Shown here piece after piece: positions 46,041-64,000 of a DNA stretch of 64,000 nt. The stretch is from the human T2T-CHM13v2.0 reference genome, Homo sapiens, in the NCBI RefSeq assembly GCF_009914755.1, contig NC_060927.1, one strand, 5' to 3'. The position numbers were made by a program, and so were the translations under genes. The notes beneath the pieces were generated by a model. That model saw only the letters and a list, made by a program, of their open reading frames with translations. It ran no database searches and was not told the DNA's origin. The stretch's first letter is position 1. Each line of letters begins with the position of its first letter.

Positions 46041-49000
46041 GGAAATCCAGCCGGGCACCCCCGTGGGGGCTGTTGAGTGGTTTTAACTGTCTCCTGGGGC
46101 CTGTGGGTGAAGCTGAGACAGAGACCGAAGGGAGGGGCTGAGCCCTACCCCTGGCTCTGTGGCTCAGGGAATAGGCTGCACATACTGATTATTCCATTAC
46201 CCTTTATTTATTGGCCTTATTGGCTTTTGTCATTTCCTTGTCTCCTGTCTGGAGTGACAGCTATAAATGTGATAGATTGATACAGGATACAGGAGCCCCA
46301 ATTATCTCTCTTAAACCGGCTTCTCTTAAACAGGGAGGGCTCTCGGGCAAGCTGTCCCTGCCCTCTGCCTTCTTTGCCACAAGTCCTACAGTCTTCCTTA
46401 CAGAAGTGGCCTGGTTCTGCCAGGGGGGGAGCGATGCCTGGGAGGATGAGTGGCAGACATGGGCCCCAAGGGGAGATGGCTCCCAGGACAAATACTGGAG
46501 GCAAGTTCGGCCCCCTGGCCAGTCGCACCAAGGATCCCAGTGCACACTCCCTGATGCTCTGCCTCACACAGAGGCCAGCACAGAGTGGGGCAGGCGGGAA
46601 GACAGGACATACTGCTGGCTGCTCAGCCCACATCCGGGGAAGGGGGCTCCACTCTGACCTTGCATGCCTTTCTGGAATCCGAGCCGGCCTGTCTGTCCAC
46701 AGAGGCTGGGATGATGGGGCTTTTCTCTCCGGCAGCAGGTGCCTGGCAGCTGCCCGGGGATGCCAGCTCCGTGAGCTGGCATGGGAGGAAGTGCTTGTCA
46801 GGATGGTCATTACACGTGCTGGGCTCAGGCTGGCCTGGCCCCGACCCCTGCCACTCAGGCTGGCTTGGGATACCCACATGAGGATGGCGCTTCCTGAAGG
46901 GACCCTGGGGTCCCTCTGGGATGCCCTCGGATGGAGCTTGGCAACTGCCAGCCTTTAAGTATCATTTCTGAACTAAGTTCCTCACCCATCCTCTCTGCTT
47001 GACTCTTCTCTGGCCTGTCTGCCTACCTCTGTCCCTGGGAAAGTCCTGAGGGCCCTGGCCCAAGGAGGTTTGGGACAGGAAGCCTGACATTCATTCTCGG
47101 GATTTGAGGCATCTCCCTGTGCCCCTCCTCATCCTTGACAGACTGACTACAGCCTCTGTGCCTTGCATGTGCACAAGTGCATGGTGAATCCACACGTGTT
47201 TATCTGGCAAGAATTTCAAATGGTCCTGTGTCTGACCTCCTTCCAGAAAAACAGAGTGGAAGGTGGGACTGCTGGTGAGAAAAGGGGCAGGAAACTTGAG
47301 GGGACAAGAAGGGTTCAAACGGAGGAGCAGGTCCAGGGGAACTCAGCAGAGAGTGAATTGGCTGATCAATCAGTTTGTTTCTTCTGCAAACATTCCCAGC
47401 TCCTTATCTGTGCCAGGTGCTGGGGCAGGGGCTGAAGACTGTGTTATGAACAAACAGGTCTGGCCTGGCCTTGCACAGCCCTTAGACTCACAGGTGGGCT
47501 GCACAGTAAGTGTGCTTAGAGCAATGGTGGGGTGCAAAGGTACCGTGCCAGCACACACAGACTCTCAGAAGCAGCCAGGGGCAGGAGACGCTAGTTCCTG
47601 CTGTTCCTCTGAGCCCATCAGTGGCTGCCCTTTGGCATCTTTGCCACCACACCCTTGCCTCACTCTCAGTTGCTGTCCCCAGTTGCTGTCTCTGCCTGTA
47701 GGAGTGCCTGGGCTTCTGTCTCCCTGGCCCCTCCCAACCTCCTGGGCTTTGAGTCTCGTGGCCATCAGGGCTGATATCGGAGGAGCTCCTGGCACGGGGG
47801 TAGGGAAGCTGCCAACACTGCTGTGGCCCCCAGGGTGAGAGCTGACGTCTGTCCAGGAGCATCTCTCTCCCTGCCAAGGGCTGAGATCTCTGGGCTGCAT
47901 GCTTTCCCGCTGACACAGGAGCCAGCATCCGTCACTCACAGGGCCACCCGCTGCCTGGACCCCAGCCTCACCCCAGAGTGACCCAGTGACAGCTGCAGCC
48001 TTGCTGCAAGCACAGGCCTCCTCTCCCTGCCTCAGCCACTTCCCAGGCTCACTCACTCCTTCCAGGTGAACCCACCCACATCCCAGGCCAGGTGAGGGCC
48101 CACCTCAGGCAGCCAGGGAAGACCCCACCCAAGGGGCCGAGAAGCGTGGGCTCCAAGCCTTGGTTTCAAGAACAATGCGGGAAGCTGCCCGCTGGCCCAG
48201 ACCAAGGTGGTAGTTAGGATCCCTGGAGCTTGTGAGAAAGACCTGACTCCCCTCACAGCCTCACAGTGGGGTCCCAGCCTCCAGCTTCCCTCCTTTCCTC
48301 ACACATAATAGTCATTGAGTTACCACCATGTGCCAGCCACTGAGCTAGTCCCGGGATGCAGTACTGAGTAAAGCAGACATAGACTCTGTTCTTGTGCTGC
48401 TTTTAAGTTTTTTTCACTGAGGTTCCTAGTAAGAAGTTTATTTTCTATCACTCACCAGGATACACACATGGGCACTCACCCACATTTTATATAGAGCTGA
48501 ATCAACAGTTTCTCCAAACAACACTCACTCTTACCACATGGGATATACTGCTATTTTAAATTCTGATATTCTTTTTAAAAAAAAAAAAACAAAAAAAAAC
48601 TGGACATAGTCTGCCATTTGAAAAGCTCTCGTGTGGCTGGGGAAAGATGATTAGCCCAGTGGTGAATGGACTATCCCTGCCCCGGTGTGGACCAAGGAAC
48701 CAATATCAGAGGTTTCAGGGCACCGAACCACATGCCTCTCCTATGAAGTTGGTTTACAAGGGAAATAAATGGCGCCACCCACTTGGGCCCCTAGTCACAT
48801 CAAGGATATAAAAAGGGGTCTGAGAGAGTGGAGGGCTGCGGGACCCTGGGAGTCAGTTTCTTCGGAGAGAGCTGCTGCTGTGCTGTTTCCAGGACCCCAG
48901 CCTTCCCTTGCAGGAGGTTCTGGCAAGGCTTGTGGCAGGCACATACCACCTTCTAACTCTGGGCAGGCCAAGGGGGCTTCCAGAACTTCTCAGAGAGCTT

Positions 49001-50519
49001 TAAGATGTTGGAGACACAGAGAACTGGGCCTCCAGGATCCAAGAAAGCTCAAGTGGATGAGCGAGTGTGATCTGACTCCCGCCCTGGGAACCCAGAGGAA
49101 GGGTTGCAGGCCAGCTGCACTGGGGGTGGCTGCAGAGGGCACTGCTGTCAGGGCATGACCCCACCCAGAGTAGGTGGGGCAAGTGCTCCAACTGTTTCTT
49201 ATGGGCCAGAGGTGGGCAGGCGAAGAGAGAGCCAGTGTGCACCACTGTGACAGGGCCACCTGGAGGGACAAGGGGTCTTGCCAGGAAGGGCTAGGCTCAT
49301 GGTTCCCATGGGCAAAGGAAGACATCATAAGGGGGTACCCAGAAGAGAGAGCCCACAAAAATGCCTTGTGTGAGAGCATCCCTAACCATCTGCCTGGCCT
49401 GGGGAGGAGAAGCCACCAGCCACCCTGTCTCTGACAAGTCATGGGATCGAATGCTCTCCTGGCCTGGCTGAGTCTGTGTTTATAACACAAACTGACTGAT
49501 TAGGTAAAATAACCTAAGACTGAGCTGCAAAGCTACAGGATCTGCCCGGGTTTTCTCCAGGGCCAGGGAAGATGATCGCCACTGAATAAAGCTAAAGAGA
49601 CAGGAAGGGACAGAGACAAAGGCTGGGTTATATTACATCAGGGATTGTGTTTGTTCACATAATGACTTTGCAGGTATTTGCAAGGAGTGTGGAGGGCTGT
49701 GGCAGGGAAGCATCAAGAGTGGGGCACATGGTGGGGAGGGGACCGGGCTGTGTCAGGGGAGGTTCCCAGAGGAAGGGGCATTCAGGGAGGTCTGAAGGCT
49801 GAGTGGAAAGGAGAAGAGTGTTCTGGCAAGGCTGGGAGGAGGAGGAGCCTGGAGCCTTTGAGGGGTTGGAAGAGATGCTGTTACAGAGGTTGGCAGGACT
49901 GGGGAGACCTCTGAGGGGTTTGCCTTGATCCTGAGGCAATAGAAAGCCACTGTGCAGTCTTATCCAGAGGGTAATTATCTTGGATGAAAATATCACTCTG
50001 GTAGCTGAGTGGAGAAGAGTTTGGAATGGATGAGGTTAGAGGAAGGAGCTTCCCTGGTGGCCTCCATGAGGCGATATGCTGGCCTCACCCAAGGAAGGGA
50101 CAATAAGATGGAGCCAAAAGGTGGGATTTGAAAGACACGAAGGAGGTGGAGCCAATGGGGCTTGGACCAGGTGAGGGGTGAGAGGTGAGGGCTGCATGCG
50201 GCTGAGGATGGATTTGTGGGACCACCTTCACAGATAGGCTCAGGGTGAGGCAGAGGAGCTCAGAGTTGGCTGGGCTGGGCCTGAAAGCTCTGGAGATGTC
50301 CAAAGTAAGCAGCTGAATCTGCTGGCCTGGGGATCCAAGGAGAGACCTGGCCTCAGGAAAAGATCAAGACTCTTCAAAGCCATAGGAGGGGAAAAGAACG
50401 TGTTTTCCACTCTTTCTGGGAGAGAGCACAGGGCCTAAAGAACTTGAACATTAGTCAGACACCAGAGGATGTTCTGCCAGGGGAGGCTGAAAAGGCACAG
50501 TCAATAAGATGGGAGGAGA

Positions 50520-51995
<1,476 letters not shown>

Positions 51996-52099
51996 TCTCT
52001 CAGCAAGTTCCCCAGACTTGCTCAGGAGAAGGCCATCTCCCAGGCCCTCGGTCCTCTGCTACCACTCTTGTCAAATCTCAGCACAAGGACAGAGCCTAG

Positions 52100-54389
52100 A
52101 CCAGGTCATGTAAGCCATTTATTGGTTTGTTTTAAAAATATGTATTTTATTTATACATGAAGTTTGGTGAGAAGTGCTCGATTAGTTCAGACAACATCTG
52201 GCACTTGATGTCTGTCCTTCCCTCCTTTTTCCTACTCTCTTCTCCCCTCCTGCTGGTCATTGTGCAGTTCTGGAAATTAAAAAGGTGACAGCCAGGCTAA
52301 AAGCTAAGGGTTGGGTCTAGCTCACCTCCCACCCCCAACCACACCGTCTGCAGCCAGCCCCAGGCACCTGTCTCAAAGCTCCCGGGCTGTCCACACACAC
52401 AAAAACCACAGTCTCCTTCCGGCCAGCTGGGCTGGCAGCCCGACCTGCCTCCCAACCGCATTCCTGCCTGTGTAGCAGGCGGTGAGCACCCAGGAGGGGC
52501 ACATACCTCTCCAAGCCTTGAGAGCAAAGCATGGAGATCTACAAAAATAGGATTTCCACTTGGAGAAATGTCGCTGGGACAGTTAAACCGTGTCCCACAC
52601 TGGACTCAAAGGGAACACAGGAGAAGAGAACTAGATCTGTCAGGGGCATGGGTTGGGTCTGGGGTTGCCACCAAGGGAACTGGGGTGACAAGAAGAAACA
52701 TAATACTTTACTCGCCGGCAATGCCCCCTTCAGCACTGCCACAAATGTCCAGCCCTCCGACAGCTCGGCGAGGTAGGTTAGGAGCAGCCAGCCCAGAGCC
52801 GGCAGGTGAGACTGAGGTGGCCTGGGAGGCATGCGCCCGGTGGAGGGGCTCCATGGGAGAGCTGGAATGGGGCAGCCAAGCCCCTGCCTGCTCAGGCTTC
52901 GCCAGTTGACCCTGTTACCTCAGGGTGACAGTTCTCTATGTTAAAAGATTTGCATATGCTAAATAGGATTGTCAGCAGCTGAAGAGGTCCTGGGGGTGAT
53001 TGGACTAGTAAAATATTTTTCCCTGAAAAAGCCTTTTCACAAGACCTATGGGACCACCTGGATCTTGCCCCAAAGAGGTCCTCTGTGTGGGTGCCATCAG
53101 GATCCCGGGCTGAGCCAGAGAGGCTGGGCCTGACCACAGTGCCCCCTCTCTCAAAGGTGCCATGGTTCATTCCCCTCTAAGGGCACGAGAACTGGGCCTG
53201 ACCATCCCTTTCCCTGCACAGGGCGCAGGGCCAAGCTCCGCTCCCCACTCCCATGTCTCTGTGTCTGGAGAGGAGCTGGAGACCACACAGAAAACTCCTC
53301 CGCGTATGGTCCAGAGAGCCCTGGGAGATCGCCAGTTTCCTCTCTTCAGGCAGGCTGAGGGGCCGCCATGGCTCAGGGCTGGTGAACTTCTTAGCCCCAA
53401 ACCCCCATGGCTCAGCCCTCTCTTCCGATGGCTGGCTGGGCAGGGCCTGCCAGGTTCCAGGAGCAAGGACAAGCTGCATGCCAGGCCGTGAATGGGGCTT
53501 GCACCCTTGTGTCCTTTGGTTTTGTTAATACTCTTACAGGAGGGGAAGAAAAGGCAACTATCAGTGCCTAGGGCCAGCCCTGGGACCCAGGCCACTCTCC
53601 TCTGGAAGCCTTTTATTTTTGTAGGACTGACAATATGACCTGCGTGAAAACACAGGGGGAAAATGGGACCTTGGAGACAATAGGGGGCCAGAGTGAGCCC
53701 CGTGGACAAGAACCCCATCCTTGGGGGGCCGGCAGGGAAAGGCCTGTCTCCCTTAGGCTGGGAGCCTGGGTCCCACGGCCTGTGTCTGGCCTCCGTGTGT
53801 GAGGACTGTGTGTGTGTGCTTGTGTGAGTGGGGGTTCAGCCCTCCCAGCATCTCAGGTCAAGTGGGAGGGGGACCCCATTCGACCCCTGGGCAGTGAAGA
53901 CCTGTGGGAGCCACACTGGATTCCACTTCTGCTTTGAGAACAGACTTCCGGCTGCTCCATAGACACTCTTGTTCAGGGTTAAGAAGAGACAGCGTGAATT
54001 GCTGCCCATGTCCATGGAAAAATCCTTAGTTCTTTGCTCAAGTAAAAAAATATCAAATATAATAAATTTATGAAAGCCCATTCACAACATATACAGTCTC
54101 AGTTTTATATTTCGCCTCAGCAGCTGGGATGAAGTTGCTTTCCAGAGCCGCAGGGCATTGCCTGACCAGACCAGGTCACAGGTCTATCTGAGGCCTCCAA
54201 GCACAGGCCAACTGCTCCGGCTGTCCACGCGGCGCCACAGAACTCTGCCTGGTTGATCCGCGGGGCTGAGGCCCATTTCTTACTCCCAAAGCCAGGAAGG
54301 CCCCAGGCTGGTTTGTGACTGACTGCATTTAGGTTTGCCATGGTGAAAAAGGCTGCTTTTCAGTGTGTCCTGGCCAGCCAGGCCGAGGC
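52100..54389 (-). other. SCN5A: SCN5A 3' UTR
   Basis: Largely repeat-free ~2.3 kb after TGA, ending at tandem AATAAA signals next to an L1 boundary. Confidence 0.85.
52118..52151 (-). terminator. SCN5A: SCN5A tandem poly(A) signals
   Basis: AATAAA on the - strand at 52146-52151 and 52118-52123, with an upstream UGUA element. Confidence 0.85.
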
Positions 54390-55652
<1,263 letters not shown>

Positions 55653-56014
55653 CTACTGGTGGCACCTCTGTCTTCCAGCCAGCATCACTGTGCAGGGGTT
55701 GGCGGTGGGGGGGGGGTCTCTATATGGCAAGGAGCCAAGGAGAGGCGGCCCTTCCAGGATTGCGTCCACTGGGCATGCTAGGACTCTGCCTGCTCCTGTC
55801 TGTTTGAGTCTCCATGTCTGCATCTGTGACCCAGAAAAATGGGTCCTTTGCAGGGTTCCTTCTCAGCCCCCTCATTCCTTAATCTTCAGTGTGTACCTAC
55901 ACAATAGAGCTGTCCTAGGCCCATCTTCTACATCTTGGGTTCTCAGGCCAGAGGGGATCTGCTTAGTATCTTGCCCACCCAGCTTGGGCCAGAACTCAGG
56001 TCTTTTAGCTCCTT

Positions 56015-56165
56015 GCTATTCAAAGTGTGGTTTGAGGACCAGCAGCCTTGGGATCTCCTAGGTGCTTATCAGAAATGCAGAATCTCAGCTCCACCCCAGC
56101 CCATTGCATCTTAAGAAGCCCAGATGATTTATGTGCCCATCGAAGGGCATGAAACACTGGCCCAG
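56015..56165. mobile_element. MER5-type remnant
   Basis: TTCAAAGTGTGGT...AGAAATGCAGAATCTCAG...CACTGG. Confidence 0.65.
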
Positions 56166-56439
56166 AAATCAGTGCTCCCTGATGCCACGCCATGGCCAGT
56201 GTCTTCTCTCAGCTTCTCTGTGATGGTTCTTATCGCTCTCCTAACTCTGCCTCCTTTGAGGGCGTCACTGCCCCTGGGTCTCCTGTGACTACCTGGGTTT
56301 GGAGTTTTAAGGGGCATGGATATAAATCATGGAATAAAGAGTGAAATAAACTTGTCTTATATGGCCCAAGTGCCCTTTCCAGACTCCTTATATAATAATG
56401 TCACTGACTGACATGGGTCCAGTGTTTACGATCACTGGG

Positions 56440-56632
56440 GCAATGGGCCGAGCACTTTATAGCCATCATTTCATTTAGTCCTTCCCATTGTCCTAGGAAG
56501 TGAGCAGATGCCATCATCCTTATCTTCCAGAAGAGGAAACAGAGGTGAGGTAACTTACCCAAGTTGCCACCTAGTGAGTGAGAAGCTGGGATTTGACTCA
56601 GACGTTCGGGCTCCAAGTTGATCTCTTAACCA
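56440..56632. mobile_element. MIR
   Basis: GAGGAAACAGAGG...TAACTTACCCAAG...GCTGGGATTTGA...CTCTTAACCAC core. Confidence 0.7.
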
Positions 56633-57004
56633 CTCCTCCTCTCTGGTACCGCCCAAACAGCGGGCCAGGAGAGATCCCAAAGTACATGCTGAACCTTCCA
56701 AAGCCTCTGAGACTGTCCCTCAATGGTTCCATTCCTGCTGCTGACATCCTGCATTCTCTAAAACTCCTCTCCAGTCCCATAAGGCACGCTCTCACCCTCA
56801 TCCTGCTTGAGACCCCCCAGAGATTCCTGACCCTACTTTGTGCTTCCATCTTCCCGTCACTATAGCCACAGCAGTGCCTGCCTTAGCCCCTGCATTATCC
56901 TTTACATTTACCAGAGGCAGAGGTTGTATATGGCAGAAAGATGAAAGTCACAGTCACCGCAAGGCAGAGCCCCTTGGGGGTAGAGTTAAAGAGTTTGGGC
57001 TCCG

Positions 57005-57738
57005 AGCACAAGTGACAAAAGAAAAAATATAAGTAAACTGGACTTCATTAACATGTAAAACTTTTGTGCTTTAATGGACACCACTAGGAAATGAAAAAAC
57101 TCACAGACTAGGAGAAAATATTTTTAAATCATATATCTGATAAGAGACTATGATCCAGAATATGTAAAGAACTCTTACAACTCAACAAGAAAAAGAGAAA
57201 TAACCCAATTAAAAATGAGCTAAGGATCTGAATAGAGATTTCTCCAAGGAAGATATATAAATGACCAACATGCACATGGAAAGATGTCCTGCATCGTTAG
57301 TCATCAGTCATTTGCTTTTGCAAACCAAAACCTCAGTGAGATATCACTTCATACTCACTAGGAGGGCTCCTATAAAAAGAATGCAGGCAATAACAAGTGT
57401 TGGTGAGGGCAAAATAATTGGAATCCTCATACATTGACAGCGAGAATGTAAAAAGGTGCAGCCATATTGAAAAACAGTTTGGTGGTCCCTCAAAACTTTA
57501 GATAAGTGGTTTTCAGGGGTGAGGGAGAGGGGAAATGAATGGGGATTGACTATTAAATGGGTAGAGTTTCCTTTGGGGAAAGGAATATATTCTAAAATTA
57601 GATAGTGGTGATGGTTGCAAAGCTCTGTGCATATATTAAAAAACACTGAATTGTATACTTTAAAGTGACTTTAAAGTTAACCGTGAATTTTATGGTATGT
57701 GAATTATGTCTCAGTAAAGCTGTTATATAAAAAAAAGA
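57005..57738 (+). mobile_element. L1M fragment (internally deleted) in SCN5A intron 27
   Basis: GGACTTCATTAA...TCCAGAATATGTAAAGAACTC...TAAAGCTGTT followed by an A tail. Confidence 0.82.
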
Positions 57739-58060
57739 TCTGGGCTCCGAGGTCAAACAGACATGGGTCAGGATTGGGTCTCTGCTTCTCCCTAGCTGCA
57801 CAATCTCCCTCCTTTGGTGCTGAATTGACTGGGTGAATTGCATGAGGCAGGTGATGTCTGAAGGAGTCTGGCATACACCTTGGCGGTTAGCTCCAGAATT
57901 TTCCATCTTCAGGGATAATTTCTACTCTGGAGGGCCACCTATCCCCCATCCCTGGGGACCCATCTCATCCTGAGCTTCCTTCTCCTTCAACCTAAGTGCA
58001 GGCAGAATTAGCCTCCACAGCACCCACTCCCATTCCCAGACTCATCCTTGAAGCTCTCTA

Positions 58061-58645
<585 letters not shown>

Positions 58646-59122
58646 TCAGCAGGGCCCTTGGGGAGGCTGGCAAATGCCTGTTGCTGCCTCTCATCCCAGA
58701 CCACCCACCCTCCCACTCTACCCTCTAGTGAGCCCAAAGCCCCTGCAACACTGCCACAGAGAGTGCAGAGGAAAAAGTCCTGGAGGCTAAAGCCACTGGC
58801 TGTCCTGCTGAAATGCTTCCTGGGCTTCAAGGCCCATCCCCAGAGCTCCATCTTCCATGAGGCCTTCCATGATGGATCTTCAGGGAGAGATTGTTCCTGC
58901 CCTGAGCATCCTTAGCACACTGTTCATTGTGCTTCCCTTTTAGTTCCCACAGTCTGAAGGCTCAAGGGCAAATTTAAACTTCAACCTTAGTAATTATGTC
59001 AGTGCTTAGATTAATATATTTTCTCCACTTTTTTATGGAATTTATTTTATTTATTCTACTAACCATATTTGTATGTGTCTTTAATTGTAAATCAGCCCAG
59101 ATTATTTGGGGAAAGAAATAAG

Positions 59123-59126
<4 letters not shown>

Positions 59127-59192
<66 letters not shown>

Positions 59193-59221
59193 CTTCTGTT
59201 CTCCCACTTGGAAAAGATTAT

Positions 59222-59260
<39 letters not shown>
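59127..59260. repeat. Compound microsatellite (TA)24-(T)18 ... (AC)17
   Basis: TA 59127-59174, T 59175-59192, AC 59227-59260. Confidence 0.95.
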
Positions 59261-59263
<3 letters not shown>

Positions 59264-59722
59264 TTTTTGGATAATGGCTTGATTGGGCCAAGGGAGTCAG
59301 TCTTGGAGAGGACCCCGCTCTCCAGAGCTCTTGGCTCTCCCCACCAGGTGACTCAGGAATCCGGCTCCCTGACTGTTCTGGGGTTCCAAGGATGAGGCTG
59401 TGAGTGGGGTGGGGTGGGGCTGTGAAGGCTGCACTGCTTTTCCTGGGGAAAGCCTGCATCCTTGAGGGGAAGGAGGAGATTTGCTCAGGTACAGAGGGTT
59501 CCTGTGGGTGGGGAGTGTCCTGGGATGCTACATCCTTATCATACCTTCCTCCCTATCTCTACGAGGCTGGGACCTCTCTTCATGATCAGACATCTGATAG
59601 TGCCCCTCAGGCTGGGCTGAAAGACTGTGAAGCGGCTCTGATGGCTGGCCATGTGGCACGAAAGCTTCCCAGGGACCCCAGAAGATCCTCCCCACTCCCA
59701 CAAAACCAGGAGCCTGGCTCAC

Positions 59723-59827
59723 CAGGGGCCGTGGGATGGGCTTCTGGGGCTTCTTGGAGCCCAGCTTCTTCATGGCATTGTAGTACTTCTTCTGCTCCTC
59801 TGTCATGAAGATGTCCTGGCCCCCTAA
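59723..59827 (-). CDS. SCN5A: SCN5A exon 26 (III-IV linker inactivation gate)
   Basis: 105 nt, [35 protein letters not shown], with IFM at 59804-59812 and KPQ at 59744-59752. Acceptor is TTTGCAC|TTA (AC); donor CTG|GTGAGC. Confidence 0.96.
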
Positions 59828-60672
<845 letters not shown>

Positions 60673-61297
60673 TCAGACAGGCTGGGGTCTCGGGGGTCAC
60701 ATGGGGAGGGGTGGGGAGCAGAGGCAGAGGGCTGTCTAGGGGTGTCCATTCTGTGGGAAAGAGGGTGTATCTAGAGGAAGGTCACTAGCCCAGTTATGTG
60801 AGTCTGTGGGCCAGAGGTGGGTAGGGATAGAGGTGAGAGGAGTGGATGGTGGCAGGTGAGGACAGCAGACATGCTGAGCTCAGGGCTGGCAGAGTATCAG
60901 TGCCTGGCTCCGGCCCTGGGCCAATGGGAGGCTGGAGTACATGGGGACCTCTGTCAGTCTTCACTGGGCTGTCAGTGTGATCGGGTGGGGTGCTGGACAA
61001 AGAAGAAGCTTGATTTGTGTCTCTGTTGCTTCCACCCCATCCTCCTGGGGTAAAAGTCAGTAAACTACAGTGAGTTTAATTTGAAAGACATTTGAGAATT
61101 CTGGGACTTCTTAGGAGACCAAGCAACCTTGCCCCAGAGCCAGGCTTGGGCATTCCAGAGAGGCTGAACTCCAGAGTGACACGAGATCTTGCCCTTGTGG
61201 GCTGGGCTTTCAGATGCAGACACTGATTCCCTGGTGGCCAAGCAACCAGGAGCCTCAGGTGCCTGACTTGGTGGAAGAAGCCACTGTGGCAACCTAC

Positions 61298-61351
61298 CCC
61301 CCTGGAGTCCACAGCTGCATACATAATGTCCATCCAGCCTTTAAATGTTGC
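61298..61351 (-). CDS. SCN5A: SCN5A exon 24 (domain III pore loop, selectivity-filter Lys)
   Basis: 54 nt, ATFKGWMDIMYAAVDSRG. Acceptor CCCAG|GCA, donor GGG|GTAGGT. Confidence 0.97.
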
Positions 61352-61869
61352 CTGGGAGGAAAAGACAAGATTAAGACAATCATTTAATTCTGTACCTCGC
61401 TTGAGCTTCTTAGGGCTCTGGTCTGGACAGATGAAGCCAGAAGCAAGCTTCTTATGAAAAGCAAGCCACCCCACCTCACCCCTTCAGCAGCATCTAAATG
61501 CCTGGGTGGTCAGAGAAAGACCTTGTTTAGCACTAGGGGTGGGGAGGGGAAGCAGCTGAGAAGATGCCCCAAGAAGGCCATGCAGCAGGGAATAAGCTTC
61601 TTGATTGAGGCCGAGAGTCTGAGGGGGCTTGCAGGAGGTCTGCCCTTCAGATCCACCCTCATTTCCATTTCTAAAACATCACAGAATCCTGACAGTGATT
61701 CTGTCAGGGAGACAGAGGTGGAACTTAGACTCTGTGTTCTAGACTCCAGGGCTGACCTGGTCCCCTTTGTCCTACATGTCAGAGAACCATGTGGCTTCTG
61801 CTCCATGGACTTTCAAGGGAAGTTCCCGAAGAATCTCAACCTTCCCTTGTACTTAAGGGGGTTCTTTTG

Positions 61870-62904
<1,035 letters not shown>

Positions 62905-63466
62905 TAAAGATAGCCCCGCAAATACTTTGGAAACTGCTGGGGACCACCCAAGGGTATGAGATATTTATGACTGAATTCTTCCCAAACACCGAGTGGCTTT
63001 GTCTGGAAAGGTCAGCAGTTCTTAGTCTACAAAAGGAGGCCTTTTCTTCCAAAGTTCTGACATTCTGAGGGACAATTGCAGGAATAGACAGCTCCTTGGG
63101 TTTGGTGCTAATCTACCATTCTCCACTAGGCAGTGCAGGGGAGTCTTTGTGGGACTACCACTGGGGCTTAAGGGATGGGTGGAGGTGTGAGTGGATATAT
63201 AAAGTTTCCAGTGGATATAGAAAGTCTGCTGAGTTTTCCTCTGCTTTGGGGACCAGAGACAGGTGTCTGGGCTTGAGATTGGAACAGCAAGACAAGCAAG
63301 TTGCAGCTCTATGCATTGTGGTTCTATTGCATTGGTCAAGGCTAATGGTAGGTTAATTTTATGGAATGTGTGATAATCACTGAAGCCACCATACTCACAA
63401 AATCAGTGGAAACCCTAGAAGGATTGTGCGTGCTTAAACATTGCACATCAAAGATGGAAATATATT

Positions 63467-63775
<309 letters not shown>

Positions 63776-64000
63776 GAAATATGTTCTTTTAAACAACACA
63801 AGAGCTAACACTCTATTTTATAACAGAGGGTGGCCACAGTCACAACTTTGCTAATAGTTCAGTTCCTGAGTAGTCTATGGTCTTTCATTTTTTAATCTGT
63901 GCCATCATACTGCCTAACTGATAGCCTGAAGAGATCAACTTGACTACTGGCTGGGAGTCGGTTCTACAGCACCACAGACCATCCCCATACTCTGCAATTT

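Noticed and set aside
46211-48256. Cluster of long overlapping ORFs on both strands
   Set aside because: GC-rich, stop-poor intergenic DNA giving Pro/Gly/Ala/Ser-rich translations with no recognisable protein family.

Overview
Human genomic DNA, recognised from sequence as the EXOG-SCN5A locus (3p22.2). The + strand carries the complete mitochondrial exo/endonuclease gene EXOG: CpG-island promoter and six coding exons (412-574, 1673-1822, 5399-5538, 7659-7735, 10898-11012, 27945-28406) that splice in frame to 368 aa with the SRGH active-site motif. The - strand carries the 3' end of the cardiac sodium channel gene SCN5A (last five coding exons, conventionally 24-28, plus a ~2.3 kb 3' UTR), convergent with EXOG. 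Three retrocopies lie on the - strand: a Y3 RNA copy, a DDT processed pseudogene and a full-length RPL18A processed pseudogene. The rest is Alu, L1, L2, MIR and DNA-transposon remnants plus an intergenic region with cardiac TBX/GATA/MEIS/NKX motif clusters. I found no new protein-coding system; most ORF-track entries are Alu-derived or shadow ORFs. The most notable items are: a non-canonical AT-AC intron in SCN5A with U2-like signals (a known class); a 35-nt insert at the exon junction of the DDT retrocopy that looks like a fossil splice isoform; a (UG)17 / cryptic 3' splice site / triple AATAAA cassette in SCN5A intron 26; an inverted-Alu pair in the EXOG 3' UTR whose inclusion may depend on poly(A) choice; and candidate convergent CTCF sites around the enhancer region. 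Repeat boundaries and subfamilies are approximate, read by eye.
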